Source: Candidatus Hydrogenedentota bacterium (lineage in GTDB: Bacteria; Hydrogenedentota; Hydrogenedentia; Hydrogenedentales; GCA-2746185). Taken from it: a stretch of 15,173 nt of DNA. Position numbers and translations under genes: made by a program. Below are positions 14,293 to 15,173 of this stretch, piece by piece. The stretch is taken from the NCBI GenBank assembly GCA_046583315.1, contig JAYGCN010000148.1:1-15173 (forward strand), written 5' to 3'. Every line of letters begins with the position of its first letter. Within the stretch, counting starts at the first letter, position 1. The notes under the pieces were generated by a model, which was not told the DNA's origin, ran no database searches, and saw only the letters and a list, made by a program, of their open reading frames with translations.

Positions 14293-15173
14293 ATGCGATA
14301 TGTTGCGAGTGTTTTGACGTGTCTATTGATGGCGGGTGCAACGGAGGCCCGGGCTGACGACCCGATCCCCCGCTTCACGATGACGACTATCGGCGGCAAC
14401 GGCACGCGGGCATACGGCGGGGATGGCAAGCCAGCCACTGAGGCCTCGCTGGAGCATCCGACGGCCGTGGCGATCACCTCCACCGGTATCCTCTACATTG
14501 CCGACGATCCTACCAACCGCGTGCGGGAAATCGATCAGGACGGCATCATGAGCACCTACGTCGGCACCGGTAAAACCGCGCGTCAGAAAAAAATCCGCAA
14601 GCCCCATAAAATGAACATCCATTCCGCCTACGGTATCGCCACCGATCACCAGGACAACCTCTACGTGCTCACACGCGGACACACACGCATTTACAAAATT
14701 ACACCCGAAGGTGAAACGACCATCATCGCCGGCAATGGAAGAGCGGGTATCGAAGGCGATGGCGGACCAGCGACCGAAGCCCGATTCAACTGGCCCAACC
14801 ATCTCGTCGCGGACCCGGAAGGCAATCTATACGTCGCCGACACGGGCAACGATCGGATTCGAAAAATAGACACCAACGGCATCATCACAACGATCGCGGG
14901 TTCAGGAAAGGGCGGCTTCGGCGGTGACGGTGGACCCGCAACGGAGGCCTTGCTCGACGCACCGTCAGCCATCGCGATTGACGCACAAGGCAATCTCTAC
15001 ACCGCCGACTTCATGAACCATCGCATACGCAAAATCGACACCTCAGGCATCATCACCACCGTCGCAGGCACAGGCGAACCCAAATACAACGGCGACGACC
15101 TGCCTGCGCTCGAAGCCAACATCGGCGAACCCTGCGGGGTGGCGGTCGATTCCATGGGCTACATCTATATCGG
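14293..15173 (+). CDS. Secreted NHL-repeat (teneurin-like beta-propeller) protein, 3' truncated by window end
   Basis: Absent from the ORF track because there is no stop in the window. RBS GAGGTG, ATG 14293 (or 14290). Signal peptide MRYVASVLTCLLMAGATEARA-DD. About five 56-aa repeats such as TIAGSGKGGFGGDGGPATEALLDAPSAIAIDAQGNLYTADFMNHRIRKIDTSGII. Confidence 0.92.
   Translation, partial: MRYVASVLTCLLMAGATEARADDPIPRFTMTTIGGNGTRAYGGDGKPATEASLEHPTAVAITSTGILYIADDPTNRVREIDQDGIMSTYVGTGKTARQKKIRKPHKMNIHSAYGIATDHQDNLYVLTRGHTRIYKITPEGETTIIAGNGRAGIEGDGGPATEARFNWPNHLVADPEGNLYVADTGNDRIRKIDTNGIITTIAGSGKGGFGGDGGPATEALLDAPSAIAIDAQGNLYTADFMNHRIRKIDTSGIITTVAGTGEPKYNGDDLPALEANIGEPCGVAVDSMGYIYI

Overview
Bacterial chromosomal window in which all confidently called genes lie on the + strand and encode envelope, secreted or membrane-tethered proteins. 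In order: a GT-C (ArnT/PMT-like) membrane glycosyltransferase split by a one-base frameshift in an A7 run; a secreted beta-lactamase-family serine hydrolase with a DUF3471-like tail; two tandem ~1050-1100 aa one-component ECF sigma factors; a secreted DUF1080 protein; a secreted M6 (immune inhibitor A-like) metalloprotease; and a secreted NHL-repeat protein running off the right edge (missing from the ORF track). The most interesting element is the sigma pair. A cassette of promoter-like element, RBS and 213-codon sigma/linker module is duplicated (165/213 aa identical by hand count, no gaps). Each copy is fused through a TM helix to an unrelated ectodomain: LolA/RseB-like plus two Ig-like domains in the first, seven carboxypeptidase-regulatory-like repeats in the second. 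The two upstream elements differ at the putative -35/-10 boxes, and the sigmas differ most in the predicted -10 specificity loop and the -35 recognition helix. Also seen: an apparently circularly permuted beta-barrel inserted in the second sigma's ectodomain, and a 28-codon signal-peptide-only ORF on the - strand. No rRNA, tRNA, CRISPR array or transposase was recognised. All domain calls are by-eye motif recognition, not database searches.
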